The notes under the pieces: generated by a model
The model's database searches: none
Told to the model about the DNA's origin: nothing
The model's input: the letters and a program-made list of their open reading frames with translations, nothing else
Made by a program: the position numbers and the translations under genes
In this document: piece after piece, positions 1 to 9,961 of the stretch
How positions within the stretch are numbered: the stretch's first letter is position 1
How the letters are laid out: every line of letters starts with the position of its first letter
Virus record (IMG/VR): IMGVR_UViG_3300045988_168112
Direction: 5' to 3' (one strand)
DNA: 64,000 nucleotides
Origin: a virus

Positions 1-70
1 CAACGTAGGATTGAAAGAAATCTTTTATATTGTATCCTGTAACTGAAAGAAACTTTTCGTACATATCCAT
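1..70 (-). CDS. hypothetical virion-module protein, N-terminal fragment (continues past left edge)
   Basis: ATG at 70-68, 2 nt after the TAG of the upstream gene; frame open to nt 1 (MDMYEKFLSVTGYNIKDFFQSYV). Confidence 0.4.
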   Translation of the reverse strand, partial: MDMYEKFLSVTGYNIKDFFQSYV

Positions 71-72
71 AG

Positions 73-849
73 CTACAAAATATTAGCGATTGTCGCAGCG
101 AGGTCATTAACTCCTTTTTGAATTGCACCTGCTGCACAAATTTTTGTCAAAGCTGTTTTTGCTTTTTTAGCTCCTGCTACAGATTCTAAAGGGGCAATCG
201 CAGTCATTGATAAATTATAATCCCATATCATATTCCTTTGAATATTTTGAGAAAAAGATAGTCCTGCTGGTGGTATTACAACTAAATAACTCTCACCTAA
301 AGCCATATTATAGAAGTATAATCTCAATGGTAAACCCAATTGGTCTACTCCATTACTTTTTGAAATTATAGCTTGCAATATTTTTATACATCCATATCCA
401 GTTTTAATACCAGCATCAAAAGATGCAGATTTTAAGCTATTAGTACTTTTTCCAGAAATATCTGTCAACGACCATTTACCTGCCGACATACTATAAGCTG
501 CACCCGTCAAACTACTCGCAGCTCCTCCTAACGATAATAAAATTTTAAAAGTCCTACCGAAATCTCCTCTAATGTTTATTTGTTGAGGAGTAAAAGTCGG
601 TGAACTCAATACAGTTATTCCACCTGCAGTATTCCTTATCGTTTCTCTCTTAGGTTCAGTTTTAGTTATACTATTTGGATTAATAGGAAAAGTGAAAAAG
701 TCAATTGTGTTATTCTGAGAATCAGCTAATTCAAGTGTACAAAGATATACCTCAAAATCATTTGGAAATTGAGATGCTAACACTGCTCGTCCTGCAGTTT
801 CAATAATCCCTGATGCTTTTTGAATTGCTGATTGTGCTAAACTTGCCAT
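73..849 (-). CDS. baseplate/tail-tip structural protein (tube-initiator-like, by position)
   Basis: 258-aa ORF downstream of tape measure and hub-like genes; FTFPINPNSITK..TAGGITV..INIRGDFG pattern resembles tube/baseplate-initiator proteins. Confidence 0.45.
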   Translation of the reverse strand: MASLAQSAIQKASGIIETAGRAVLASQFPNDFEVYLCTLELADSQNNTIDFFTFPINPNSITKTEPKRETIRNTAGGITVLSSPTFTPQQINIRGDFGRTFKILLSLGGAASSLTGAAYSMSAGKWSLTDISGKSTNSLKSASFDAGIKTGYGCIKILQAIISKSNGVDQLGLPLRLYFYNMALGESYLVVIPPAGLSFSQNIQRNMIWDYNLSMTAIAPLESVAGAKKAKTALTKICAAGAIQKGVNDLAATIANIL

Positions 850-868
850 ATAATACTTTTCTTTATCG

Positions 869-884
869 CCTAAAGATACGAATT
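869..884 (-). promoter_or_regulatory. promoter-like motif, late variant AATTCGTATCTTTAGG
   Basis: Minus strand AATTCGTATCTTTAGG, 20 nt before ATG 849; 15/16 identical to site at 23092-23107. Confidence 0.4.
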
Positions 885-890
885 ATTTCA

Positions 891-1937
891 TTAATCTGAA
901 AAAGTTACCGTGCTTTTTATACCATCAAATTGTAATGGATTTACTGCTGCTACTGCACCTACACCTGCACCAAATCCGGCTTTACCTCCATCCATCGCTG
1001 CCGAACCTGCAAGTGCTGTTTGCCATGCGTTCTTTAGCGTCATTATCTGATTTTCCACATTATTCAACATTTGAATAAGTGTATTTGCTAATGTCAATGG
1101 TTCTTTAGCACCATTTATTTCTACTTTTTGTCCGGTTATGAGTTTAATTAAATTTCGAGTTAACTGAACTTGTTCTTCATCATTGTTGAAACCAATTATC
1201 AAATTACCATCATCTATCGTTATATGTTCCTGTTTATCATGTAAATTGATATCTATTTGATTGTCATCTATCAATAAATGTGTTTCTTTTTGATTTGTTC
1301 TTCTATACAAATCAAATTTTTCCATATCAAAAACTATCTTTCGAACTTCTTCACCTGGACTTTCAACTTCTTTTTTGACATTGACTATCTCAGCTTCTAT
1401 TGATTTGTATCCTGTGACTTTAACTTTTTCAGATGCTTTAAGTTCAATTTCTCCTGAAGATTGTAATCGAATTTTATGCTCTACATTTCCACCCATAGTG
1501 ATATTCAAATTAATCGGTTTAGCTTTACCGACTAAATTCAAATTCCACTCTCTATTAATTGGGTCCATACAAAACAACATGTCTGTATCTTCAGATGTCT
1601 TTCTAAATCTTTGAATTTCTTCTGACCAAGCAAATATTTCATCATTACCTTGTAGAGTTCCAATTATTATTGGTTGGTTTCTGAATGCACCTGATGCTAT
1701 TACAACTTGAGTTCCTTTTTCACCTGGCTCTTCAGGAAATTGAATATTTTGTATAGCTTCATTTGTAATATAGACATCAGTCTTAAAAAGACCTCCTTCT
1801 ACAAGAACACAAACTTTGTTCGTTCTGTAACATGTTTCTATATAAGAATCTCTATCTATTTGAGTGGGAATCATTATATAACCAGTTGTCACTGGTCCCA
1901 AATCATTATATTGAAATTTAGGTTTATTTCCAGCCAT
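891..1937 (-). CDS. baseplate hub / central spike-like protein
   Basis: 348 aa, position after tape measure and large tail protein; N-terminal OB-like region then repetitive beta-strand segment (KIRLQSSGEIELKASEKVKVTGYKSIEAEI). Confidence 0.4.
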   Translation of the reverse strand: MAGNKPKFQYNDLGPVTTGYIMIPTQIDRDSYIETCYRTNKVCVLVEGGLFKTDVYITNEAIQNIQFPEEPGEKGTQVVIASGAFRNQPIIIGTLQGNDEIFAWSEEIQRFRKTSEDTDMLFCMDPINREWNLNLVGKAKPINLNITMGGNVEHKIRLQSSGEIELKASEKVKVTGYKSIEAEIVNVKKEVESPGEEVRKIVFDMEKFDLYRRTNQKETHLLIDDNQIDINLHDKQEHITIDDGNLIIGFNNDEEQVQLTRNLIKLITGQKVEINGAKEPLTLANTLIQMLNNVENQIMTLKNAWQTALAGSAAMDGGKAGFGAGVGAVAAVNPLQFDGIKSTVTFSD

Positions 1938-4135
1938 TATTTTAATCCTCCATACATTTTTCTATTCAAAAAATATTCAAATTGAGATTTGTTTACAATT
2001 GGACTCGTTGCTGTCGTCAGATTCCCTTGTTGAGCACTTTTTGCAGCTTGTTTAAGTTCTTTCAAATCCACAAGTTTGAAATACGATGGTTTAAAAGAAC
2101 CTCCAGTAGGTGAAATAGCTTCGTTAATAGATGCATCACTTGCTCCAACTTGAGAATTATCTTGTCTCTTACTTGTACCTAACGTTGAACTTCCTTTAAG
2201 AATTGGAACATACATTCCTCTTTCAACTTGAATCGTTGTCCTTCTATCTATCCCTCCTTCAGTAAACGATACTTCATTTGAAACACTTAATACATAGAAG
2301 AATTCATTTGTACTTTCATTCAATACAAATGAACCAACTTTTATTCTTCTATCTCCATTTATCACAATTGTTCCAGTCCTTGTGAACGGAAGATAAGCAT
2401 TACTTTCAACTACATAAATAAGGTCGTTTAACAACGCTGCTTGCATTGTAACAAATTGTTCTGGTCCTTCATATCCATTTATCACTCGCATCTGAGCGTA
2501 CATATCATTTATTTCCAATTTTCGATTGCCCCACAATTCTGCATATTCATTCAAATAGACAATAGGTACAAAAGCAAGATTCACTTGTTGTTTATCTCCA
2601 AGAATGTTATTATTTTGAACATGAATTTGAAACCATGAATATATTCTCGAATCATAGCTTAAATTGTATGACAAAACATTATCTGGAGTTATCGTAATAT
2701 AACCACCTTTCTCAAATACATCCATTATAGCATGTTCTGTAAATGGTGGTTGTCTAACAATCAAGTCAATTGTATTTATATACGTATCAAAAAAGAATTC
2801 TACAAATGGATATTGACAACATCTACTCATATAATCCATCAATGTTCCATTAGGATTTCCAATACTTGAATCGACAACAATCCTTTGTTGAACTTCAGGG
2901 CTCATATAAGTCTTGACAATCTGCCATATACCATTCACCTTTGCAGCTTCAAGTCCTTCAACTTGATAACTTTGAATTCTCTTATCTTTCCATGATTTGA
3001 ACAATTCGTTCTTACAAACACCGATATTAGACATTATATTAATTACAAACCAGATTATCTCATTGATTCTCTTGTATTTATAACTCCATATATAATTATA
3101 ACTACCGGTAAGAACATTTCTTTTATACCAAGAATCTTGTGGACGACCTAAATAGACCCAATGCTGTTTTGTATTTTCAACATCTATCAATGGAATGAAA
3201 TAACTACCATCTTCTTCAAATAACTTAGAGATATCTCTACCGCTCACAGTTGTTGTTTTTACGTTGTCTTCTGATGAGTATTGAGTACTTGACTCATCAA
3301 TAAAGCCAATCATATCCCATACGTTATATGAACCATCAGTTTCTGCAAGTTTGTTAGGTGAAACGAAAATTGTGTTTGCGTCTTCACTATCACTTTCACC
3401 TTCTAATTTTAGCCTCTCAAATCTTACAAAAACAATATCGTTAGCTTGCACAACTTTTTCAAGATAAGACTTAACATCATTTCCTTCCTTTGTCACTACA
3501 TTAAAGACATCTTGATAACTTGCACCAAAAACATTTTCTTTCTTAGCATCCCTGAATGGAACTAATGTAAAACTAAAATCACCTGTTTTAAACGATTTAT
3601 TTACATTACAATTCATAATGAATTGACTTACATCAATTACTGAATCAATCGATTTACAATAAATCCAAACACGTATATTTACAGGTTGAACTTTCGTATT
3701 TACATTGAATTCTTCATCGTAAGCAACTATATTGTCAGGAACATAATCTTCGTCAGCAAGTAACTTAGTCATATTATCACTCCAATAAGAAGGGAAATCT
3801 TCTTGAACAAGATATTGTTTGTCTTGGAAAATCTGTTCCAATAATACATTGGTACCGTCTGAAGGAAATGATAACGACCAACCTGGTTTTATATATGGGA
3901 GATTCTTACTCTCATATTCACTTTTATATGTTTCTTTTTCGAAATCATCATAACTGGACCAAATTATTTCAAGATTAGTTAATCCATTCACTTCATTAGC
4001 GATATCCATGAATTCTTCTATGGTTATCTTCTTCTTGTCACTCTCATTCAATTTCGGTTGCCAAAAATCAATGAATGATTGAGGAGAGATTTTCTCTTTA
4101 GAATAGACTATATAATTTAACTGTTTCTTTGCCAT
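1937..4135 (-). CDS. large tail/baseplate structural protein
   Basis: 732-aa ORF immediately after tape measure; its TAA stop overlaps the next ATG by 1 nt (ATAATG at 1937); no catalytic motif seen. Confidence 0.4.
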   Translation of the reverse strand: MAKKQLNYIVYSKEKISPQSFIDFWQPKLNESDKKKITIEEFMDIANEVNGLTNLEIIWSSYDDFEKETYKSEYESKNLPYIKPGWSLSFPSDGTNVLLEQIFQDKQYLVQEDFPSYWSDNMTKLLADEDYVPDNIVAYDEEFNVNTKVQPVNIRVWIYCKSIDSVIDVSQFIMNCNVNKSFKTGDFSFTLVPFRDAKKENVFGASYQDVFNVVTKEGNDVKSYLEKVVQANDIVFVRFERLKLEGESDSEDANTIFVSPNKLAETDGSYNVWDMIGFIDESSTQYSSEDNVKTTTVSGRDISKLFEEDGSYFIPLIDVENTKQHWVYLGRPQDSWYKRNVLTGSYNYIWSYKYKRINEIIWFVINIMSNIGVCKNELFKSWKDKRIQSYQVEGLEAAKVNGIWQIVKTYMSPEVQQRIVVDSSIGNPNGTLMDYMSRCCQYPFVEFFFDTYINTIDLIVRQPPFTEHAIMDVFEKGGYITITPDNVLSYNLSYDSRIYSWFQIHVQNNNILGDKQQVNLAFVPIVYLNEYAELWGNRKLEINDMYAQMRVINGYEGPEQFVTMQAALLNDLIYVVESNAYLPFTRTGTIVINGDRRIKVGSFVLNESTNEFFYVLSVSNEVSFTEGGIDRRTTIQVERGMYVPILKGSSTLGTSKRQDNSQVGASDASINEAISPTGGSFKPSYFKLVDLKELKQAAKSAQQGNLTTATSPIVNKSQFEYFLNRKMYGGLK

Positions 4136-4137
4136 AA

Positions 4138-6852
4138 TTAATCTCTTTCTTTAGGTAAAGTTTTCTTTCCTGCTGTAATAACATTAAGAAAACCTTTAGT
4201 AATAGCAAGTTGAAGACTTTTCATAAATGCATCCCAATCAGATTCTCCAGCTTGTTTAAACGCTTCATTTAAAGTCTTAGTATCTTGAATCACTTGTCCA
4301 GGTGTTGTTAAATAAGTAGTTGCTTTATTGATTAAAGCATTATTTATAGAATTAGTATCTTGTTTTATTGAGTCTAAAATTTCACATACATCTCCCAAAG
4401 ATTTTTCACCTTGAGTAATCTGCTTATTAGCATCTGTAGCAGTGATTCTCTCTGCACGTCCTACTGTCTGACGAGCTTCTGTAGGTTCATATGCACCTCT
4501 TGGAGTTTCTTTTAATGCACCAAAAGATTTTTGAATCTCATTATATATTCTATCAATTACTTCAGTCGGTTCTCCAGTAGCAAATTGTTTTCTGATATCT
4601 TGCCAACTTAAATTAGGAAATACACCTTTCAGTAAATTAATAAATTGTTCATTATTCTGTGACAATCCTTGCAACTCACTTAAGAAACTTCTCATAAATT
4701 CAGGGTCTGCATTTCCACTCTGAACTTTTTCAAGTTGTTCCATTGCTTCAGAGTACGTCCTTATATTAGGATTTGTCCTCGTCAATGTTCTTAATAAAAG
4801 AGCTTGAGTCGTCTCATCTTGGGAAATACCACTTCCTGAAAATGCAGATTGATATCTTTCAAGTTGTCTTCCTTGTGCACCAGTTGCAGTCCTTATACCT
4901 GACATTACAGCAGCAACTTTACCTGCATCAAATTCGCCAGCTTTAGAAAGAATTTCATCAGACCTCTTTGAGAATGTCTCAAGTGATTCTTCCATAGTAG
5001 ACGCTATTTCACTGAAAGGTAATTTCAACTCTCGCATTGACCTTTCAAATGCTCTAATTATAGCAGAACCACCATAACTTGTATTTTCGTCACCGAATCT
5101 TAATGCTCCTTGTAGACGATTAACTGCACTTGGTGCGATTCCATACAATCTTTCTGCAGCCATCAAAGATTGAGATTCTCTTTCTGCAGTTACATCAAAT
5201 TCAGTACCACCAGGAGCACGACCACCTGCAGCTCTTGTCAATTCAGTCCTTCTCTGAAGATAGGAACCAATATCCATACCAAGAGCATCTGCAGCATATC
5301 TTCCTTCTCTTTTCGCAGTGCCAAATGCATCTTTTGTTGAAACGCCGAATGTTTGAGCATAAGGGATTGTCTTATTTTCGGCTTCTGCAAATTTAGAAAA
5401 TGTTTGTAATATTCTATCTGCAGCAATATTAGCAGGCATCTCGATACTTCGAGCTATAATATTACCAAAGATAGGTATCCAACGATACATATCAGCTTCA
5501 TTAGCTGCTTGAACTCTTTTATAATTGGCTGCAGTTTCTACAGAACCCTGATATTCAGACCTTAAACCGAATTCTTCGTTTCTGAAATATCTCTCTGTAG
5601 CAATATTCTTTATTTGATTGAGGAAAGCAATAGTTCCAATACCACCAAGAAGACCAGATAATCCTTTTCCTAATCCACTAATAATATTTAATCCACCTGC
5701 ACCACCCTCTGATGATGAAGGTAATATAGGAGGAATATTCGTACCAGAACCACCTCCACCTACATTATCATTATTTTGATTATTGCGATTAACAACAGAT
5801 TCTCTTAATTCATCTACATTATCTTCAATTCGAGACAATGAAGCTGTTAATGCTTCAAGATAACGATTTGTTCCAGAATTATCTTTCTTCTCTTTATTAT
5901 CACCTTTTATAAGATTTCTAATAGCATCACCTAATTCTCTCGAAGTTTGATAAATAACACCAGAAACACCATCTATAGCTTTAATAATATTTTCATCGTC
6001 AAAATTGAATTGTTGTTGACCTTCGATAATTCTCGTTTCTCTTCGTTCAACAACTTCATCATCTCTTTCTCTTAATCGAGGACTTTCTGTAGGAGGTATC
6101 TGATATTCAGATTTTGTTTCTACTGGGTCTTTTTCTCTTAATACTGAAGTATTCTCTTGAATAGTTTCTGTATTACGTTCAATGTTTTTGACGTTTTCTG
6201 TTACATTTTCACTATTATTTTCAGTTCTTCGAGAATTATCAACATTTGTGACAGAATTATCAATATTCTCAACATGACGATTTATCTCAGTTAAAATCTC
6301 TTTCTGAGTTTCTTTGATTGTTTCTGTAGGTTTCCTTTCAATAGGGAGTTCTCGTGTTGGTTGTCTTAAATTCCAAGAAACGGAACCAGTTTCTTCATCT
6401 ATAACTGGTTCCACGTCTTCTTGATATTCAACCTTCCTTTTCGGACGTCTTTTTTTTGGTTTTTCTGAAGGTTTAGTTATTTCTTCATCATCAGGTTGAA
6501 TTTCTGTTTCTTTATTTACTTCCCATGTAATAGAATTCGCATTCTCATCATAAACTGGTTTTAACTCTCTTTGAGTTTGTTGTTGTGGAAGTGGAGTTGA
6601 AATAGGCTGTTGCACTTCAGGAGCTTGCATTGAAGCAGATTGTCTTCTCAAATCAATAAGAAGTTTCTCCAACTGATTCCTATCTTCCATTAGAGATAAT
6701 TGTTCACGAAGTTGCTGCAGATGTTTCTCAGTATTCTGAGAATTCGTTGAAGCAGCTTGGTCAATTTCACGATATAATGAAACTGCTTCTTCTCTCAATT
6801 GTCTTAATGGAGTAACATCAGCGGTCACTCGTATTCTTTTATCTTCAGCCAT
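4138..6852 (-). CDS. tail tape measure protein
   Basis: 904 aa, largest tail ORF, directly after two small chaperone-position ORFs and tube/sheath; N-terminal coiled coil; Gly-rich hydrophobic segment GGGGSGTNIPP..GGLNIISGLGKGLSGLLGGIGTIAF. Confidence 0.7.
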   Translation of the reverse strand: MAEDKRIRVTADVTPLRQLREEAVSLYREIDQAASTNSQNTEKHLQQLREQLSLMEDRNQLEKLLIDLRRQSASMQAPEVQQPISTPLPQQQTQRELKPVYDENANSITWEVNKETEIQPDDEEITKPSEKPKKRRPKRKVEYQEDVEPVIDEETGSVSWNLRQPTRELPIERKPTETIKETQKEILTEINRHVENIDNSVTNVDNSRRTENNSENVTENVKNIERNTETIQENTSVLREKDPVETKSEYQIPPTESPRLRERDDEVVERRETRIIEGQQQFNFDDENIIKAIDGVSGVIYQTSRELGDAIRNLIKGDNKEKKDNSGTNRYLEALTASLSRIEDNVDELRESVVNRNNQNNDNVGGGGSGTNIPPILPSSSEGGAGGLNIISGLGKGLSGLLGGIGTIAFLNQIKNIATERYFRNEEFGLRSEYQGSVETAANYKRVQAANEADMYRWIPIFGNIIARSIEMPANIAADRILQTFSKFAEAENKTIPYAQTFGVSTKDAFGTAKREGRYAADALGMDIGSYLQRRTELTRAAGGRAPGGTEFDVTAERESQSLMAAERLYGIAPSAVNRLQGALRFGDENTSYGGSAIIRAFERSMRELKLPFSEIASTMEESLETFSKRSDEILSKAGEFDAGKVAAVMSGIRTATGAQGRQLERYQSAFSGSGISQDETTQALLLRTLTRTNPNIRTYSEAMEQLEKVQSGNADPEFMRSFLSELQGLSQNNEQFINLLKGVFPNLSWQDIRKQFATGEPTEVIDRIYNEIQKSFGALKETPRGAYEPTEARQTVGRAERITATDANKQITQGEKSLGDVCEILDSIKQDTNSINNALINKATTYLTTPGQVIQDTKTLNEAFKQAGESDWDAFMKSLQLAITKGFLNVITAGKKTLPKERD

Positions 6853-6853
6853 A

Positions 6854-7177
6854 TTATTCTTTATCTTCCATTTCTGCCATTAGAGCAGCTTCTCTACGAA
6901 ATGCTTCAATATCATATTCTTCAATCATTCCAGAATCTTCTCTCTTCAACCATTCTCCTATATTAGGAGTATAAACGTCGTCGTTTTTATCCAATTCTCT
7001 CTTACGTATTTCTGAATATATCGAATCTTCTTCGAATTCCATCCTTTGAGCTACAAAGGAACATTTTCTATGTTCTTCAGACATAAAAGCTATTCCATGT
7101 TTCTTTCTCCACCATCTATCATAAGGAAATCGATTATTCCATTGAATCATGAATGTTTTAAGCTCATCAATGGTCAT
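6854..7177 (-). CDS. tail assembly chaperone-position protein (second)
   Basis: Small acidic ORF just before tape measure; ATG at 7177 (ORF track start 7186 is TTG); in frame with upstream ORF across a TAA. Confidence 0.45.
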   Translation of the reverse strand: MTIDELKTFMIQWNNRFPYDRWWRKKHGIAFMSEEHRKCSFVAQRMEFEEDSIYSEIRKRELDKNDDVYTPNIGEWLKREDSGMIEEYDIEAFRREAALMAEMEDKE

Positions 7178-7189
7178 ATCATTCAACTT

Positions 7190-7522
7190 TTACTGATTCA
7201 AAATCTGATAAACTTCCTTCAAGAAAGGATAAACTTCAGTATCGTAAAACTTACGAATTTCAGCGAAATCTTTCAAACCCAATTGATTAAAAGAATCAAC
7301 TTTCAAATCTTTAACAAGCTCAGGCATCAATACCGTCAGTGTTGCTTCGATATCGATAATATCTAAAGCATTCTGAGCTGCCTTAGTAGAGTTGCCAAGT
7401 AATGTATTATAAAATCCTCTACCAAGACTTTGTTTCATGGTTTCAATACGATAGTATTCACCTACATTAGGGAATTTGATTGTATATTCCTTCCCTCTTA
7501 AATTAACTGTTTTATCTTCCAT
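7190..7522 (-). CDS. tail assembly chaperone-position protein (first)
   Basis: 110-aa ORF between tube and tape measure; ATG at 7522 (track start 7528 is TTG). Confidence 0.45.
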   Translation of the reverse strand: MEDKTVNLRGKEYTIKFPNVGEYYRIETMKQSLGRGFYNTLLGNSTKAAQNALDIIDIEATLTVLMPELVKDLKVDSFNQLGLKDFAEIRKFYDTEVYPFLKEVYQILNQ

Positions 7523-7599
7523 AATCAATTGTTTTAATTCGTTATAAAGTTCTGACTTTATTTCAAAGAATCAATCAAATCATTGCTCAAAATACCTAT

Positions 7600-7641
7600 T
7601 AATAAAAAGAAGAGAGAATAGTTTTTAATTATCCTCTCTTC
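7600..7641 (-). terminator. intrinsic terminator after tail tube gene
   Basis: Stem GAAGAGAG (7609-7616) / CTCTCTTC (7634-7641); minus strand reads hairpin then CTTTTTATT. Confidence 0.5.
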
Positions 7642-7687
7642 AATATAAAGATTTATGTCAATTCAAATCATTATAACTAACTGATTA

Positions 7688-8170
7688 TCAGAGTTCCAAT
7701 GTTGATATCGGGTTGATATAAACTCCTGAAATATTGTATCCGGACACGCCTCCTTCGGCCAAACTGAACGCTTGATTATTGACAAAACAAGGATTCAACA
7801 AGCAAATTGTCTGACCAGTAGGGTCAACTTGTGTTACCATTTTCGTATTAGAATCCTGAGTTTGAATTGTCTTGCTGTAAATAGCAATAGCAAATCCAAG
7901 TTCACCTAATACCAATGTATCTACAATAGCCTTTACTGAACCAAGACGGTGCATCATACCTTCCATTACCGGTTGCTTGAAATCAATAAAGAACTGGTCT
8001 ACTGTCCATGTACAATCATAACCTACTGGAGGTATCTCTTGTTTCAAAAGATTACCAAGACCTTGAACATTCGCACGACTGATATTCTCAGCGAATTGCA
8101 GGTTTCTTACAAAACCTGCAACCTTATTATCTATCTTTATATACGCTTTAGGCGCTGTAAAAACTGCCAT
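7688..8170 (-). CDS. tail tube protein
   Basis: 160-aa ORF immediately downstream of the sheath gene and upstream of chaperones/tape measure. Confidence 0.6.
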   Translation of the reverse strand: MAVFTAPKAYIKIDNKVAGFVRNLQFAENISRANVQGLGNLLKQEIPPVGYDCTWTVDQFFIDFKQPVMEGMMHRLGSVKAIVDTLVLGELGFAIAIYSKTIQTQDSNTKMVTQVDPTGQTICLLNPCFVNNQAFSLAEGGVSGYNISGVYINPISTLEL

Positions 8171-8186
8171 ATTCTTTCGTTTTTAA

Positions 8187-9830
8187 TTATCCACGAATTA
8201 GATATCCAGTAAAGAACAACTTCGTGATTTCGTTATTTACCACAATCTTATAAGTAGTGAAATAAGCATCATCTTTACGAGTTGTTACTACATCCTGGAA
8301 TGACAACAATAAATTGTCTTGCTCACTTGTAGCTGTTCTCGATTGTAAATAAGCTACTGTCCAATCTTTAACAGCACCTGCTGACAGAGTATTGGCATTC
8401 ACACCGTTTTCTTGACCAAGAAGGTCGAGTGTTGCATTTACAATCAATTCTTTATTAATCTGCGCTACAACACGCATGAACTGAATAGAGTAAGATTGAC
8501 CTTTTGCATTGAACAGATTGGCGTTATCTTGCAATGTATTTACACCCTGCAAAATATTGAACTTTCCAGTATAGTCGTTCAATACAACACAAAGAATACC
8601 ATACTTCAAAGCTTTTTTCTTTTCAGTCTCAGTCAATATATGTTTTACTCTATCAACACCAATTGTCTTGAATGTAGGAGGTACATAAGGCGGTTTTCCG
8701 CTTACACGGCCCACTACTGCACAAGTCATGTAAATAGCCGGCCACCAACGAATCTTCTGTGCATCAAATGCAGATACCATACCTACACCACCATGTACCA
8801 ATTGAATATAACAACTATCGAAAGCTTGAGCTAATGTGATTTCTTGTGCAAAATTAGCTGAATCATCATAACCTGCTACATACAAGAAGTGTTGGAATTT
8901 AGCATCTTGTGTCATATGAGTGATATATGCTTTTGTAGTTGCTGAATTTGCATTCGCTCCTACTTGGTCAAGTATCACTGCACTATAATCCAAACCTACA
9001 ATCTGGTCAAGAACAGCATTTAAATCGTTCATATCAAACGATTCAGTACCACCAGTAGCAAGGATATAAGGTTTACCGTTCAATGCAGTAGTAATATCAT
9101 TCTGCTCAATCTTACCAGTACCTTCAACCTGAGAAGTGGAATCAAGAACAAATACCAAACCAAAATTAGAATCATTATTGGCCCAATCAATCAATTCTTG
9201 AATGTTATCAATTTCAGGAGATTCGAGTACTAATTCAGGGTCACAATTTTCTTGCGTAATGTCACCATAAGGCAAACCATCTGTATAAGTACCAGTATAA
9301 GTACCTCTCCAGAATTGCAGAATCCATTTAGTAGCATCTTCACGTCCTGCGATAAAACTCAGACCGTAGCCTTTTGTCAATAATTCATCGTTCAACAACG
9401 AACCATTGGCTACTAAACCTTCATCTAATGTTTTAACTGCGAATGTACCTCCTGCTGCTGTTGCAAATGTAATTTTTGCTCCTGTAGTTGTTGCTGCACG
9501 AACAAATTCAAGTTCAGAAATACCTACTGCGTCAGGATTCGAAGAGTCTGGTGCGAATAACGCTTCTGCAGCTCTCCACCACATTCCACCTTTCATAAAT
9601 CCACGAAAATCTGAAAGATTGTCAAATGTATAAATAGCATTCTGACCTTGTGTATTTTCACCATTAATACCAGCACCACCACCAAATCCAGCAGAATATG
9701 TACCAGTATCAATAACAAGAACCTTACCGTAATCTAAATTACGAGCAGGTCCAGTTTCTCCACTTATAATGGTGCTGTAAACACCAGGAAGAGATATTTG
9801 ACGATTGTTAAAATAAAATGTGCTTGACAT
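8187..9830 (-). CDS. contractile tail sheath protein
   Basis: 547 aa; N-terminal LPGVY motif typical of sheath proteins; sheath-tube-chaperone-tape measure order. Confidence 0.7.
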   Translation of the reverse strand: MSSTFYFNNRQISLPGVYSTIISGETGPARNLDYGKVLVIDTGTYSAGFGGGAGINGENTQGQNAIYTFDNLSDFRGFMKGGMWWRAAEALFAPDSSNPDAVGISELEFVRAATTTGAKITFATAAGGTFAVKTLDEGLVANGSLLNDELLTKGYGLSFIAGREDATKWILQFWRGTYTGTYTDGLPYGDITQENCDPELVLESPEIDNIQELIDWANNDSNFGLVFVLDSTSQVEGTGKIEQNDITTALNGKPYILATGGTESFDMNDLNAVLDQIVGLDYSAVILDQVGANANSATTKAYITHMTQDAKFQHFLYVAGYDDSANFAQEITLAQAFDSCYIQLVHGGVGMVSAFDAQKIRWWPAIYMTCAVVGRVSGKPPYVPPTFKTIGVDRVKHILTETEKKKALKYGILCVVLNDYTGKFNILQGVNTLQDNANLFNAKGQSYSIQFMRVVAQINKELIVNATLDLLGQENGVNANTLSAGAVKDWTVAYLQSRTATSEQDNLLLSFQDVVTTRKDDAYFTTYKIVVNNEITKLFFTGYLIRG

Positions 9831-9921
9831 AAAATTTATTAATTTTCATTAATTTTACGAACTGATATATGATTTAATTCCTTCGATTCTTTCTAAATAA
9901 TTCTCAGGAATATAATTAACA

Positions 9922-9954
9922 CCTAAATATAGATATTCTTTTTCTTTCTACAAA
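9922..9954 (-). promoter_or_regulatory. promoter-like TTTG-N19-TATATTTAGG upstream of sheath gene
   Basis: Minus strand TTTGtagaaagaaaaagaatatcTATATTTAGG, about 90 nt before ATG 9830. Confidence 0.4.
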
Positions 9955-9961
9955 CCAAATA

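Noticed and set aside
6854-7528. Programmed -1 frameshift between tail chaperone ORFs
   Set aside because: The two ORFs are in the same reading frame, so a -1 shift cannot join them. No slippery heptamer was recognised near the stop.
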